Assembly (NCBI RefSeq): GCF_003018115.1
Contig: NZ_CP027457.1
Source of the DNA: Escherichia coli
GTDB taxonomy: Bacteria > Pseudomonadota > Gammaproteobacteria > Enterobacterales > Enterobacteriaceae
Length of the DNA stretch: 64,000 nucleotides
Direction: 5' to 3' (one strand)
This document shows, piece by piece, positions 19,569-30,084 of this stretch (position 1 is the stretch's first letter; the number at the start of each line of letters is the position of its first letter). The notes under the pieces are model-generated. The model was not told the origin of the DNA and ran no database searches. It was given only the letters and a program-made list of their open reading frames with translations. A program made the position numbers and the translations under genes.

Positions 19569-21431
19569 TCACGACAGCTCAGGAGGGTTATTCCTGATGT
19601 CATCTTCACAAATAATGGTTAACGCATCATATATCATTCTGCGTCTGTTCCTGTTTTCGGCCTTATCGCCATACAACATCATCACATTTTTAATTTCATC
19701 GACCGGTGATTTCACATAGTGAACTAATACACCAAGCTTCTCAACACATTGCAGTAAAGTATATTTCTTACTGCCTGTGAAAAGCCCTATCATAGTTTCT
19801 TTACGTTCGCGACTGGATAATACTTTGTTTTCCATAATGACTTCAGCCAGCGTCTTACCATCATAAACATACTCTTTATCTATCAGAATATTTATCTTAT
19901 CCAGCACCTTCTCTACGTCATCAAGCAAACCTGTAATATATGGGGGCGCAATATATGGTTTCGTACTGATCTTTTCAAGCATACAATTATACATCTTAAT
20001 AACACGCATCAGGGTAAAATTGTTCGCATCATACTGTATTTCACCCTCCTTATATACAGGTTCAATAAGTGGTATTGTTTCAATAAATGCATCCTGATAG
20101 GCTTTTACATGGTCAAGCCAATAAAACAACGAGCCATACTTTATATTTTTTCTATTTACTTTAACCTCCAGTGCTGTCCGAAGCAACGATAATGCCCCCC
20201 TGACATATCCTGAAGGTAATTCACCAAACAATCCTTTTCTTTCCATGTCATCATAATGCTGCAGCACATCATTAATTTTATTTTTCCTTATCAGACAAAT
20301 GTACACCGCAAGTGTTTCGTAGCAGCTGGTCACATGAACAGCCTCATTCTGCAACTGCCCAAAATAGCTTATAATCTTTTTCAGATATGCGTCATCACAA
20401 CCATTCTTATCATTAATATTAAATACAAGATCTTTCAGACGGGAAATATATTCCTGAGATTTATCATCAAGTGAAACACTATAACGAGACAATGTTCCTT
20501 CTGCACTGTTTTCAAACTTATAAAACATTTCCAGTAATTTTTTTGCATAAGGCGTTGTATCAAAGCTGGTAAAGTCATAAAGATATTGCGCAGCGTAACC
20601 ATACAAACCATGAATCCAGAGTCCTTCTCTCACCAACACTCTGAGATAATATGCAAGGTTTTTAAGTATCTTCGTCTTTCGTTGTATATCAAGTAAGACA
20701 CTTAATGAATAAAATGCATTATAGAATTTATCAATATTCCTGAGCACTTTCTCCAGTTCATCCTTATCCAGCTTCTTCTCCCGGTAATCCTTTTTATATT
20801 CATTTTTGATAGCCATGATATATTGTTGCATCAGGCTCTTGCTTTTCCCGTTATCCTTCCGTATAGTTCCTGTATATTTCCCCAGAGCATACAGCTTTCC
20901 ATTTTCATGAAAATCTTCCTTGTTGAATCCCAGTTCAGCCAGATATTCCCGAAGATAACGTTTAACAGCAGCTTCATCGCTTTCTGTATCAGCGTGATCA
21001 AGACAAGGGCAATACGATTTCTGTAAAAAATTATAAATATGATAATAAAAAGCAGAGTCATTCTCTGGTCTGTATGTATTATACATATCTACAACAAGAA
21101 AAATAACCCCAAAAGTGCGCAGACAATAGCTGCGAAGGAATTCAGGTTTTAGTGTGGAATGCACTGGATAAGAATTCATCATGTAATAAAAATGTTCATA
21201 TCGGGCATATATGATCCGCCGTTGCTCCTGACTGAACACCCCTTCAGCATCAATAATACGACTGATCTCATTATAACGTTGATCCCAGAATTTTTGATGC
21301 ATTTCAAAATTGGTACTCTTCCGCTTGTGTGCCGGATTCTCGCCTTCCTTAAACAACCCCAAAACAGTACAAATATCATACAACAGATTTGTAAATGTGC
21401 GCATATGCTGTGCTCTCCGGTTGGTTTGCAT
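19569..21431 (-). CDS. hypothetical protein, 620 aa, AT-rich orphan ORF
   Basis: Long uninterrupted ORF, Lys/Tyr/Asn/Glu-rich, no Walker or other catalytic motif recognised; divergent from alpA. Confidence 0.6.
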   Translation of the reverse strand: MQTNRRAQHMRTFTNLLYDICTVLGLFKEGENPAHKRKSTNFEMHQKFWDQRYNEISRIIDAEGVFSQEQRRIIYARYEHFYYMMNSYPVHSTLKPEFLRSYCLRTFGVIFLVVDMYNTYRPENDSAFYYHIYNFLQKSYCPCLDHADTESDEAAVKRYLREYLAELGFNKEDFHENGKLYALGKYTGTIRKDNGKSKSLMQQYIMAIKNEYKKDYREKKLDKDELEKVLRNIDKFYNAFYSLSVLLDIQRKTKILKNLAYYLRVLVREGLWIHGLYGYAAQYLYDFTSFDTTPYAKKLLEMFYKFENSAEGTLSRYSVSLDDKSQEYISRLKDLVFNINDKNGCDDAYLKKIISYFGQLQNEAVHVTSCYETLAVYICLIRKNKINDVLQHYDDMERKGLFGELPSGYVRGALSLLRTALEVKVNRKNIKYGSLFYWLDHVKAYQDAFIETIPLIEPVYKEGEIQYDANNFTLMRVIKMYNCMLEKISTKPYIAPPYITGLLDDVEKVLDKINILIDKEYVYDGKTLAEVIMENKVLSSRERKETMIGLFTGSKKYTLLQCVEKLGVLVHYVKSPVDEIKNVMMLYGDKAENRNRRRMIYDALTIICEDDIRNNPPELS

Positions 21432-21486
21432 TTTATCGCAGAGGACATTCTGAGCTTAACGTATCAAACTGACACAACGACATGCA

Positions 21487-21792
21487 ATGCATATGGAGAA
21501 CAATATGTCAAATCAAACCGGACAGCTTTACACGCCTTCACGCATCCTGCGTATGGCTGAACTTACCCGACTGCTGGGTATATCAAGATCTACTATTTAC
21601 GTGAAAATAAATCCGGCCTCGAAATACCACGACCCTACCTTTCCCAAACCAATAAGGCTTGGTAGTGCATCCGTAGGCTGGCGGGCATCTGCCATCGATG
21701 AGTGGCTGATGTTACATACGGCACCAGCCTGGTCTGAACCTGAAAACAAACGAAAGGAACTTAATGATGACGACAAAACTATCACTCCCTGA
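21487..21792 (+). CDS. alpA: AlpA-family prophage transcriptional regulator (small HTH protein)
   Basis: Core LYTPSRILRMAELTRLLGISRSTIYVKINP...FPKPIRLGSASVGWRASAIDEWL matches the AlpA pattern; the true start may be an internal Met. Confidence 0.7.
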   Translation: MHMENNMSNQTGQLYTPSRILRMAELTRLLGISRSTIYVKINPASKYHDPTFPKPIRLGSASVGWRASAIDEWLMLHTAPAWSEPENKRKELNDDDKTITP

Positions 21793-23293
21793 ACTTGACA
21801 CAACTAAACTGCCTGACAGGTGCCAGGCATTACTTGATGAAATGCATGAAGAAACAGGAATACGCCGTGAAATACTTCTGTCTGTTATGCTGACGGTCAT
21901 GGCTGCCTCGGTCCAGGATACGCATGAAGTTGAACTTTCCGGAGGGCAACGTACCAGCCTTCAGATATTTATGTGTCTTTCATCAGCATCAGGCAGTGGA
22001 AAAACCTCTGCCTGCGCAAAATTAATCGCTCCTGTTCATGAAACAGAAGAAGAACTACATCAGGCATATATCGACGATAAAAAAAACTATGACCGAATGA
22101 TGGAAATGTGGACAACAGATAAAAAAATCCTGGAGCGGAGATATAAAAAGGAAATTGAAAGATCCCCGGAAAATGCTGCTGCTGCACGAGCAGCACTTGA
22201 AAAGTGTATAGCAAATAAACCCGAACCTCCCGTACAACAGGTTCTCATCGTGAATGACGCGACACCAGAAGGGATAGCTTTGAAACTCAGCCAGTCACCC
22301 TCTCTTCTGTTGCTGTCTGATGAAGGAGGTACTATTCTGGATAAGCGTTTCGAACGCAAATCGGCACTGTACAACACATTATGGAGTGGGCAACCAGTCA
22401 ACGTTGAACGGGCATCCAGACCCGGGTTCCGGCTGAATGATGTCCGTCTCACTATACTTATACTGACTCAACCGGTAATATTTAATAAGTTTTTTACTCT
22501 CACTGGCGATCAGATCCGGGGCAATGGCTTTCTGGCCCGGTTGCTATTTTGCGAACCCGGAGCAATTAAAATAATGACGACAGAACCGCATACTGCCACT
22601 CCTGTTGTGACGCAACAATGTGCAAGCTGTTTTCGTAAGAAAAGTTTTGGCAGTCAGATCAGAGACTCTCTGAGAGCATCCAGAGAAAGACGTGCAAAAA
22701 GTAAAGAGCGCATCTGCATGACATTATCAAATGCAGCATCCCGCGCACTGGAGCGCTTTCACAAAGAAAATATGGATACTGTCAGACAGAATCCTCATAT
22801 GGGTACTTTTGAAGACATTATTGTCAGAAAAAGAGAGCAGGTTGTCAGGATAGCAGCACTTCTGGAACTGGAGAAAGATCCAGACTCGACAGTAATAACG
22901 CTGGAAAGTACTAATAGCGCCATTTATCTCATTGAATTTTATTTCAAGCATCTTATATATAAACTTGAATCCCTTCGGGAAATATCCCCGGCTGAGAAAC
23001 TTGATAAATGGCTTCAGAAAAGAATTATCACAACAGCAGGTTACATATTCCAGAAAAGTTATATTTTACAATATGCCCCATATGCTCTCAGGAAAAAATG
23101 TGTTCTGGATGAAGCACTTGACATACTGGCGGAACAAAGGAAAATAAGGATTGATGATAACCTGGTTGTTTATATAGGAAACACGATTACACCATCCGAA
23201 CTGGCAAAAAAACTAAATATTCCTGCATTCGATGCCGGAGTTTTCATTTGTGATCATCAAAACATACTGAAGTATCACCGAAACAGACTATAG
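21764..23293 (+). CDS. YfjI-like DUF3987-family protein (P4-type primase-associated domain)
   Basis: 509-aa ORF immediately after alpA, as in CP4-57 alpA-yfjI; family assignment from recalled similarity. Confidence 0.55.
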   Translation: MMTTKLSLPELDTTKLPDRCQALLDEMHEETGIRREILLSVMLTVMAASVQDTHEVELSGGQRTSLQIFMCLSSASGSGKTSACAKLIAPVHETEEELHQAYIDDKKNYDRMMEMWTTDKKILERRYKKEIERSPENAAAARAALEKCIANKPEPPVQQVLIVNDATPEGIALKLSQSPSLLLLSDEGGTILDKRFERKSALYNTLWSGQPVNVERASRPGFRLNDVRLTILILTQPVIFNKFFTLTGDQIRGNGFLARLLFCEPGAIKIMTTEPHTATPVVTQQCASCFRKKSFGSQIRDSLRASRERRAKSKERICMTLSNAASRALERFHKENMDTVRQNPHMGTFEDIIVRKREQVVRIAALLELEKDPDSTVITLESTNSAIYLIEFYFKHLIYKLESLREISPAEKLDKWLQKRIITTAGYIFQKSYILQYAPYALRKKCVLDEALDILAEQRKIRIDDNLVVYIGNTITPSELAKKLNIPAFDAGVFICDHQNILKYHRNRL

Positions 23294-23363
23294 ATACTAT
23301 CGGACAAAAAATAAATTATCACAAGTGTATTATTCGTTATAATAATGAATAATCGTTATCTGA

Positions 23364-23410
23364 GTGCAATGCCAGGTTTTCATTACGAACTGGCATTGCA
23401 TTTATTTTTC
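23364..23410 (+). terminator. Hairpin terminator between the yfjI-like gene and the integrase
   Basis: 11-bp inverted repeat TGCAATGCCAG / CTGGCATTGCA followed by TTTATTTTTC. Confidence 0.5.
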
Positions 23411-23462
23411 AAAAAAGAAAGCAGTAACCATTTGGCTACTCTGAGTATGCCAGTCCATGAAA

Positions 23463-24680
23463 CTAAGCGAATTCCTTAGTGTTTTTAGCAAGTTGAGACA
23501 TCACATAATCCGCCCATGCCTGCATCATCGGTACACGCTGCTCCAGTAGATCAGTACGATGATATGCCGCCTCAACCTTATTTTTCAGCGTATGAGCGAG
23601 CGCCCTTTCCGCCAGATCCCGCGAATACCCCTGTTCACTACACCAGTCCCTGAATGTTGAGCGAAAACCATGTGCCGTGGCAACTCGCCCCGGTATATCA
23701 CTGATGGCTTTCTTTTTACGCAGAAAACTCGTCAACACCATATCTGAAAGGATCTGCTGCTTTCTGGGAGAAGGAAACACTAGTTCATCATGCAAACCAC
23801 GTATATTTTCCAGAATGTGAATGGCCTGCCGGGATAAAGGAACACGATGCTGTATCCTGGCTTTCATTCTTTCTGCGGGTATAGTCCATATCCGCTTATG
23901 AAAATCAATTTCAGCCCAGCGCATTCCCCTGGCTTCGCCCGAGCGGGTTGCTGTAAGTATCACCATTAATAACAGTGCCCGGGTAACATTATAAGGTTCA
24001 TCTGTATACACACTGGTCGCCACAAAAAGCGGTAACTGCCTCCAGGGCATTGCGGGTTGGTGTTCATCACGTCCTCTTGTCTGCTGAGGAAGCAAATGGT
24101 CAACCACATCAACAGGGTTTGCCACACAAAAACCGTGCGCCCATCCCCACTGCATAACAACATGAATGCGCTGTTTAACCCGGCTTGCCGTTTCTGACAA
24201 GGTTAACCAGACTGGACGCAGTGTTTCTGCCACGTCCGCAGCCGTAATCGAATCCAGCGTTTTTGCTCCCAGTTGAGGAAACGCGTAATTTTCAAGCGTC
24301 GATAACCACTGCCTGACATGCTTTGGATTTTCCCATCCCGGTGACAATTCAGCATGTACACGCCTGGCTGCATCGGCAAATGTTGGGATAACAACTTTTT
24401 CAGCTTCAGCCTTTTTAATCTCCAGTGGGTCATCACCTGCAGCAAGTTGCTCTCGCATTATCCGGGCAGCACGTGCAGCTTCAGCAATACTGACCTCAGG
24501 ATAAGTTCCCAATCCAGCATTACGCCTTTTTTGTGTCACCGGACTTACATAACGAAAAACCCATTTACCCCGCCCTTTTACTGAAGAAGGATGAAGAGTC
24601 AGTCCTGTAATTCCCCCATGGGGCAATGGTTTGTCATCAGGTTTGATATGCCTTGCTTTAGTATCCGTCAATACTGCCAT
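23463..24680 (-). CDS. P4-type tyrosine integrase
   Basis: 405-aa ORF with N-terminal MAVLTDTKARHIKPDDKPLPHGGITGLTL... and C-terminal catalytic region (HGFRSTF...LAHT...AAYHRTDLLEQR) typical of P4-family integrases. Confidence 0.85.
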   Translation of the reverse strand: MAVLTDTKARHIKPDDKPLPHGGITGLTLHPSSVKGRGKWVFRYVSPVTQKRRNAGLGTYPEVSIAEAARAARIMREQLAAGDDPLEIKKAEAEKVVIPTFADAARRVHAELSPGWENPKHVRQWLSTLENYAFPQLGAKTLDSITAADVAETLRPVWLTLSETASRVKQRIHVVMQWGWAHGFCVANPVDVVDHLLPQQTRGRDEHQPAMPWRQLPLFVATSVYTDEPYNVTRALLLMVILTATRSGEARGMRWAEIDFHKRIWTIPAERMKARIQHRVPLSRQAIHILENIRGLHDELVFPSPRKQQILSDMVLTSFLRKKKAISDIPGRVATAHGFRSTFRDWCSEQGYSRDLAERALAHTLKNKVEAAYHRTDLLEQRVPMMQAWADYVMSQLAKNTKEFA

Positions 24681-24866
24681 ACGCTAATTCCTGTTACTCT
24701 GGTATGCCATCCAGTATGCCATTAGTCTCTCGCTTCACTAAGAATACATTAGATAATATCGGACAGCAAAAAGTGTAATACATTGTTTATAATGAAATTA
24801 TATAACACCCCCGGATTAAGTCAGATTTATTTCAGGCGGCCCCCCTCACCGCCATATTTAAAGAAG

Positions 24867-24898
24867 AGCTCGTACGAAAGTACGGGCTTTTTTTTCGT
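24867..24898 (+). terminator. Rho-independent terminator (8-bp stem, GAAA loop, U8) with no plus-strand CDS upstream
   Basis: GCTCGTAC gaaa GTACGGGC followed by TTTTTTTT. Confidence 0.5.
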
Positions 24899-24945
24899 AT
24901 ATTGCACACACCGGGGGGATGAGAATCCCCGACCGGGATACTTAG

Positions 24946-25632
24946 TTAATGCAACGGTTCACTCTTTGTCGCCGCGACTAATGGGCGAATTTTGTCACGA
25001 GTCTCCCAGACCGGAGGGATTTCCTCCAATTTAGTGACAGAAGCTCGTACAAAAGGCACCCGTGCAAGAGTCATAATCGTATCCAACCAACGGTCACGAA
25101 TAATGCGATCCGCCCTTTCATGACTCGGGTCATCCAGCTCAATAACACAGACTATTTTATTGTTCTTCTTTGAAACCAGAACATAATCCATTGCCATGCC
25201 ATTATAAATTGCAAAGAAACGCTTTCTTTCTTCTTCGCTAAACTCAGGTTGTTCTGGAAAGTTGATCAAGCGCCCCAGAGAGACCTGGCAATGGATATGA
25301 CAATAATGTCCAAACCATTTTTCCAGATTATCGAAATACATTTTTTCACAACGCGTGATTAACCACTCTTTTCTTTCCAATAAAATACCTTCGGCAACCA
25401 TTCCCTGAAATAACTCATCTCGCTCTTGCCAACGAGAGTCACGATAGGTTTTCTGCGGTATATAGCTCCTTGTCGACGCCTTAGCGGCAGGGGAAGTTGC
25501 AGATGAAGGGACTGGTTGCGATTTAGCGATGATTACCGATGAGGCAACTTTTCGGAGTGTCAATTTTCTGGCAACAGCAAAACCGGCGATAAATGCAATT
25601 GTCAAACAAGTTACAAAAGACATAAAGCTCAT
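24946..25632 (-). CDS. membrane-anchored hypothetical protein, possibly DUF2726/Vsr-like nuclease fold
   Basis: 228-aa ORF with hydrophobic N-terminus; C-terminal DYVLVSKKNNKIVCVIELDDPSHERADRIIRDRWLDTIMTLARVPFVR resembles the D...(I/V)E(L)D..sH pattern of that fold. Confidence 0.4.
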   Translation of the reverse strand: MSFMSFVTCLTIAFIAGFAVARKLTLRKVASSVIIAKSQPVPSSATSPAAKASTRSYIPQKTYRDSRWQERDELFQGMVAEGILLERKEWLITRCEKMYFDNLEKWFGHYCHIHCQVSLGRLINFPEQPEFSEEERKRFFAIYNGMAMDYVLVSKKNNKIVCVIELDDPSHERADRIIRDRWLDTIMTLARVPFVRASVTKLEEIPPVWETRDKIRPLVAATKSEPLH

Positions 25633-26166
25633 AATTAATGTTCACCTATCCATGTTGATTATATTTCATTACCAATGTTACTCGCTGAAGCGTGTTACAT
25701 GCCAACAATGCAACGATCAATATATAGTTAGTATCATGTTTTGATTATTACAACCATCCCTATTTAGCCATTGCGGCTTGCCTTCCACAAAAAAACAACA
25801 ACACACAATATTAGCCAAAGAATTAATTAAGATTAACCTTACATTTATAATATTATCCCTAAAGAATAAATCAGAGGAATATATTCGGTGTTAAACAGTC
25901 AGTCAAAGTATGGCCCATTGTTGATTAAACCTCATAAGCAAAATTGGCACCAGATCTCCTGTACAGGTTGAATGGCCGAAAAAAGATAGGCAGATGCTCA
26001 TTTTTTTGGCTTCTGGAAGAAAAACTCTCCGCGCTGGCAGTATTACACTGGTCTGATGCTATGACGAAAAATGCCTGGTAAGAGTATCTAAACCAGACTC
26101 CAGTTCAGCTTATCAACACCCTCAAAGTCGCCCCCCTGAACGCTAACCTGAAGTGAAAATCTGTTG

Positions 26167-26195
26167 AAATAAAACAAAGCCCGGTTCGCCCGGGC
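26167..26195 (-). terminator. phoH rho-independent terminator
   Basis: GCCCGGTTCGCCCGGGC hairpin with a downstream U-run on the minus strand. Confidence 0.6.
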
Positions 26196-26213
26196 TCTGC
26201 ACCGATAATACAC

Positions 26214-27278
26214 TTAACTGTATGCATGTAGCGTACGTTGGCAAAGTGCCGAACGTACGCAATCCTCTTTACCGAATCGGACGATCCCGACCATTTCATC
26301 TTCTTCGAAACGTTCCAGTGCGTCACTTAATCCGGAGTGCACGCCGCGAGGTAAATCGCATTGCGTGATATCACCGTTGACGATAACCGTCACGTTCTCC
26401 CCGAGGCGGGTTAAAAACATTTTCATTTGCGCGGCAGTCACATTCTGCGCCTCGTCAAGAATGACGACTGCATTTTCAAAGGTACGTCCACGCATATAGG
26501 CGAACGGCGCAATTTCCACCTTCCCTATTTCCGGTCGCAGGCAGTACTGCATAAAGGAAGCCCCTAAGCGCCGGACCAGCACGTCGTATACCGGGCGAAA
26601 ATAGGGAGCAAACTTTTCTGCGATATCTCCAGGTAAGAAGCCAAGATCTTCATCGGCTTGCAGAACTGGACGGGTGACGATAATCCTGTCGACATCCTTA
26701 TGTATCAGGGCCTCTGCCGCTTTTGCTGCGCTGATCCAGGTTTTTCCGCACCCGGCTTCGCCCGTGGCGAATATCAGCTGCTTACTCTCAATAGCCTTCA
26801 GATAGTGCAATTGCGCTTCATTTCGCGCGAGGATGGGCGAGGTATCGCGACTGTCGCGGGCCATACCAATGGCTTCTACGCCGCTCATCTGCACAAGCGA
26901 GGTGACCGATTCTTCTTCACGCTGCTTATGGCTGCGCGAATCCCGTCTCAGCACACGTTTTGCCTCGCGACGAGCTTTGATCACTGCTTTTTGTCTTCCC
27001 ATGGAGAGCACCTTGAGTTGTTTGTATTCATCACACGCGCCGTTGGCAGCGCGATTATGCGCACGAACATCAGAGGGTTGGCTTCCTTGTAAGCCATAGT
27101 TTGCTTTTGGATAAAATGCCGAAAAACGGCTACGCGCACCGTTTACGGCGTCGGTAACACATGAAAAGAAAGGATGAGGTTGAAAATGCAAAGTGACGAG
27201 ATGACTACCGGAGGAGAAAACTCCGCGAGTGGTGGCGCGTTGATTATCTAAAACATGTCCAGTACAGGACGTTACCAT
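26214..27278 (-). CDS. phoH: PhoH phosphate-starvation-inducible ATPase
   Basis: 354-aa ORF with Walker A GEAGCGKT and the PhoH core. Confidence 0.9.
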   Translation of the reverse strand: MVTSCTGHVLDNQRATTRGVFSSGSHLVTLHFQPHPFFSCVTDAVNGARSRFSAFYPKANYGLQGSQPSDVRAHNRAANGACDEYKQLKVLSMGRQKAVIKARREAKRVLRRDSRSHKQREEESVTSLVQMSGVEAIGMARDSRDTSPILARNEAQLHYLKAIESKQLIFATGEAGCGKTWISAAKAAEALIHKDVDRIIVTRPVLQADEDLGFLPGDIAEKFAPYFRPVYDVLVRRLGASFMQYCLRPEIGKVEIAPFAYMRGRTFENAVVILDEAQNVTAAQMKMFLTRLGENVTVIVNGDITQCDLPRGVHSGLSDALERFEEDEMVGIVRFGKEDCVRSALCQRTLHAYS

Positions 27279-27473
27279 CCGCGATCTCCATAGTGACTGA
27301 CTATCACTGCCGGGAACTTCCGCTGCTACTTAATAAGTACAACAGATCTCGCATTTATTGCAACAATATATTTACTTATATTTAACTATAAAACACCATT
27401 TCAGTGACATTAGTTTCTACTGGAAAGATGACAGAGTGATGACAGTGATGAAAAAAGCTGTGTGCTTTCAGCA

Positions 27474-27620
27474 GGATTTGCATCAGGCATCAGTGCACGA
27501 TCGCCGGATGCGGCGTGAACGCCTTATCCAGCCTACCAAACCCGCACTGATTGTAGGCATGATAAGACGCGCAAGCGTCGCATCAGGCATCTGCGCACAA
27601 ATGCCTTATCCGCCTAAAAA
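27474..27620. repeat. REP/BIME cluster
   Basis: Copies of gccggatgcggcgtgaacgccttatcc and gcctgatgcgacgcttgcgcgtcttatcatgcctac type palindromic units. Confidence 0.8.
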
Positions 27621-27622
27621 CA

Positions 27623-28894
27623 TTAAACCCGCAATAATGCGCTTCCGAGATAATCGTTCGCGTCCTTCACTCCCGGCAGCGCAAAAAAATAACCGCCGCC
27701 GATAGGTTTAACGTATTCCTCCAGCGCTTCGCCATTGAGCCTTTTTTGTACTGTCAGGAAGCCTTTTTCCAGATCGTGCTGGTAGCAGACAAACAGCAAC
27801 CCCATATCCAGTTGTCCGGAGTTGGTGACGCCCAGTGAATAACTGTAGCCACGACGCAGCATCAGGCTGGACTCACTCTCCGCCGTGCGGGGATTCGCCA
27901 GCCGGATATGGCTGTCCAACGCAATCACCTTCCCTTCCGGGTCGCTGGCGTAATCAGGCACATCATGCTCATGTTGCATTCCCAGCGGCGCACCGGTTTG
28001 CTTATCACGGCCAAAAATCGTCTGCTGTTCTTTCAGCGGCGTTCTGTCCCAAAATTCCACTCGAAACTGAATCAAGCGTACTGCCTGATAGCTGCCACCG
28101 ATTGTCCACGCAAGCTCCTGCTGATCTGCCGTTACCCACACCACTTTTTGCATCAACTTATCATTCTGGCTATCGGGATTGGCAGTGCCGTCTTTGAAAC
28201 CCAGCAAATTAATCGGCGTCTCTTTGCCTTTACTACGCGCCGCGTGATCGGAAATAAACCCTTCCCGCTTCCAGCGCACACTGAGCAAATCCGGCGTGTG
28301 TTTGATGATATCGCGCAGCGCATGGATCACCGTGTCCTGGGTGTTGGCGCAAATCTGTAACAACACATCACCATGACATAACGCCGCATCCAGCGAGTCG
28401 TTGGGGAAACGCGTCATCTTCTGCAGCTTTTTTGGCATCTGTGGCGCAAGGCCAAAGCGCTCATCAAACAATGAGTGACCCACCGATAACGTGATGGTGA
28501 GATTATCGGGCGCAATGTAGCCGCCAAGAATGCCGGAATCGAGTGGTGGCAGGCGCGGATTTGGCGTTTCTGGTGCTGCTCCGCCCTGAGTCAGAAAAGC
28601 AAAACGCTGAGTCAACAAGCGAAACAACCGCTCAAGATCGGCTTTATCGCTGGCAAGCACATCAAACGCCACCAGCATCATTGCGGCCTGTTGTGGCGTC
28701 AGGATCCCTGCCTGATGCTCACCATAAAACGGCTGTTTCTCATTGCGTGCATCCGGTGAAAGCGTACCCGGCGCACTTTGCGTTTTTTGTGCATGAGCGA
28801 CCGGACAACTTCCCGCCAGCGCCAGTGCACCAATCCCTTTCAGTAAACGTCGGCGTGACGGTCCATTCACGCCGTTTTCATCTTTATACTGCAT
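27623..28894 (-). CDS. efeB: EfeB Tat-exported Dyp-type peroxidase / deferrochelatase
   Basis: 423-aa ORF with twin-arginine signal (SRRRLLKG). Confidence 0.9.
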   Translation of the reverse strand: MQYKDENGVNGPSRRRLLKGIGALALAGSCPVAHAQKTQSAPGTLSPDARNEKQPFYGEHQAGILTPQQAAMMLVAFDVLASDKADLERLFRLLTQRFAFLTQGGAAPETPNPRLPPLDSGILGGYIAPDNLTITLSVGHSLFDERFGLAPQMPKKLQKMTRFPNDSLDAALCHGDVLLQICANTQDTVIHALRDIIKHTPDLLSVRWKREGFISDHAARSKGKETPINLLGFKDGTANPDSQNDKLMQKVVWVTADQQELAWTIGGSYQAVRLIQFRVEFWDRTPLKEQQTIFGRDKQTGAPLGMQHEHDVPDYASDPEGKVIALDSHIRLANPRTAESESSLMLRRGYSYSLGVTNSGQLDMGLLFVCYQHDLEKGFLTVQKRLNGEALEEYVKPIGGGYFFALPGVKDANDYLGSALLRV

Positions 28895-28899
28895 AACGC

Positions 28900-30027
28900 T
28901 TAATCCAGTCCCAGCACACCGCGAAGTTGCGCCAGATCTTCCGCCAGCGCAGTAATCGGTCCTTTCAGTGCATTCCGGTCGGCATCGGTCAATTTGTCGT
29001 AGGTTTCAAAACCGTCTTTAGTACGGTATTTCGCCAGAATGGTATCGACCTTTTTAAAGTTGGCATCGACTTTTGCCAACAGTTCCGGGTTGGCTTTTTG
29101 CAGTTGTGGACGCAGCAGATCGACAATTTTCTGCGAGCCTTCAACGTTAGCCTGGAAATCCCACAGATCGGTGTGGCTGTAGCGATCTTCTTCACCGCTG
29201 ATTTTGCTGGCTGCCACTTCCTCAATCAGTCCGGCTGCGCCGCCGACCACTTTTGAAGGTGGGAAAGCCAGTTCACTGATGCGTTTTTGCAAATCGACCA
29301 CATCGGTATAAAGCTGGTCGGCATACTTATCCATCCCTTTGGTGGTGTTGTCGCCAAACAATGCTTTTTCCAGACGGTGGAAACCGGTGAATTTTGGATC
29401 AGCAGCTTTTTGCTCGTAATCATCTTCACGGGCGTCAATGCTGCCATCCAGATCGGAGAACAGTTCAGCAATCGGTTCAATGCGCTCATAGTGCTGGCGC
29501 GTCGGCGCATACAGTGCTTTCGCTTTTTCGATATCGCCTGCTTTAATCGCGTCGGTAAAGGCTTTGGTGTCGGTCACCAGCTGTGTGGTTTCCGCCATGA
29601 CATACGCTTTATATGCAGTAATTGCACCACCAAGACTTAACAGCGCATCACTTTGCGCCGCATCCGCCGTTGCCTCACCTTTGACAATCAACTTCCCTTT
29701 CGGGTTAGTCAGCAGACCGCAGGTCATATCGTATTCGCCAGGCTGTAAATTCGCCGTCATTTTCTGGCTAAAACCAGGGGCGATATTTTCCCGCTCTTCC
29801 ACCACCATCACGCCTTTGAGGATCTCCCACTCCAGCGCCTTCTGGCTGTGGTTCTGAATAATGAACTGTGTTTTCCCGGCGTTAACCGTAATGGTCATCG
29901 GTTCGCACTGCTTATCCGTCACGGTCACTTTGACCTGCGGCACATCAGCGGCGTTAGCCATAAAAGCAGAAGAGAACAGCGCAGCCACGCTCAACTGCAA
30001 TGCGTTACGGCGGAAGTTAATGGTCAT
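28900..30027 (-). CDS. efeO: EfeO periplasmic iron-uptake component
   Basis: 375-aa ORF with signal peptide, positioned between efeU and efeB. Confidence 0.9.
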   Translation of the reverse strand: MTINFRRNALQLSVAALFSSAFMANAADVPQVKVTVTDKQCEPMTITVNAGKTQFIIQNHSQKALEWEILKGVMVVEERENIAPGFSQKMTANLQPGEYDMTCGLLTNPKGKLIVKGEATADAAQSDALLSLGGAITAYKAYVMAETTQLVTDTKAFTDAIKAGDIEKAKALYAPTRQHYERIEPIAELFSDLDGSIDAREDDYEQKAADPKFTGFHRLEKALFGDNTTKGMDKYADQLYTDVVDLQKRISELAFPPSKVVGGAAGLIEEVAASKISGEEDRYSHTDLWDFQANVEGSQKIVDLLRPQLQKANPELLAKVDANFKKVDTILAKYRTKDGFETYDKLTDADRNALKGPITALAEDLAQLRGVLGLD

Positions 30028-30084
30028 GACGAGACTATCCCTTTAAAGTATGTTGTAACTAAGCAAGAGTTTGCGTCGTATTTG

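Noticed and set aside
24681-26213. Searched for a tRNA or tmRNA attachment site beside the P4-type integrase
   Set aside because: No cloverleaf-compatible sequence or conserved T-loop/acceptor pattern seen by eye; reported as an absence, not a feature.
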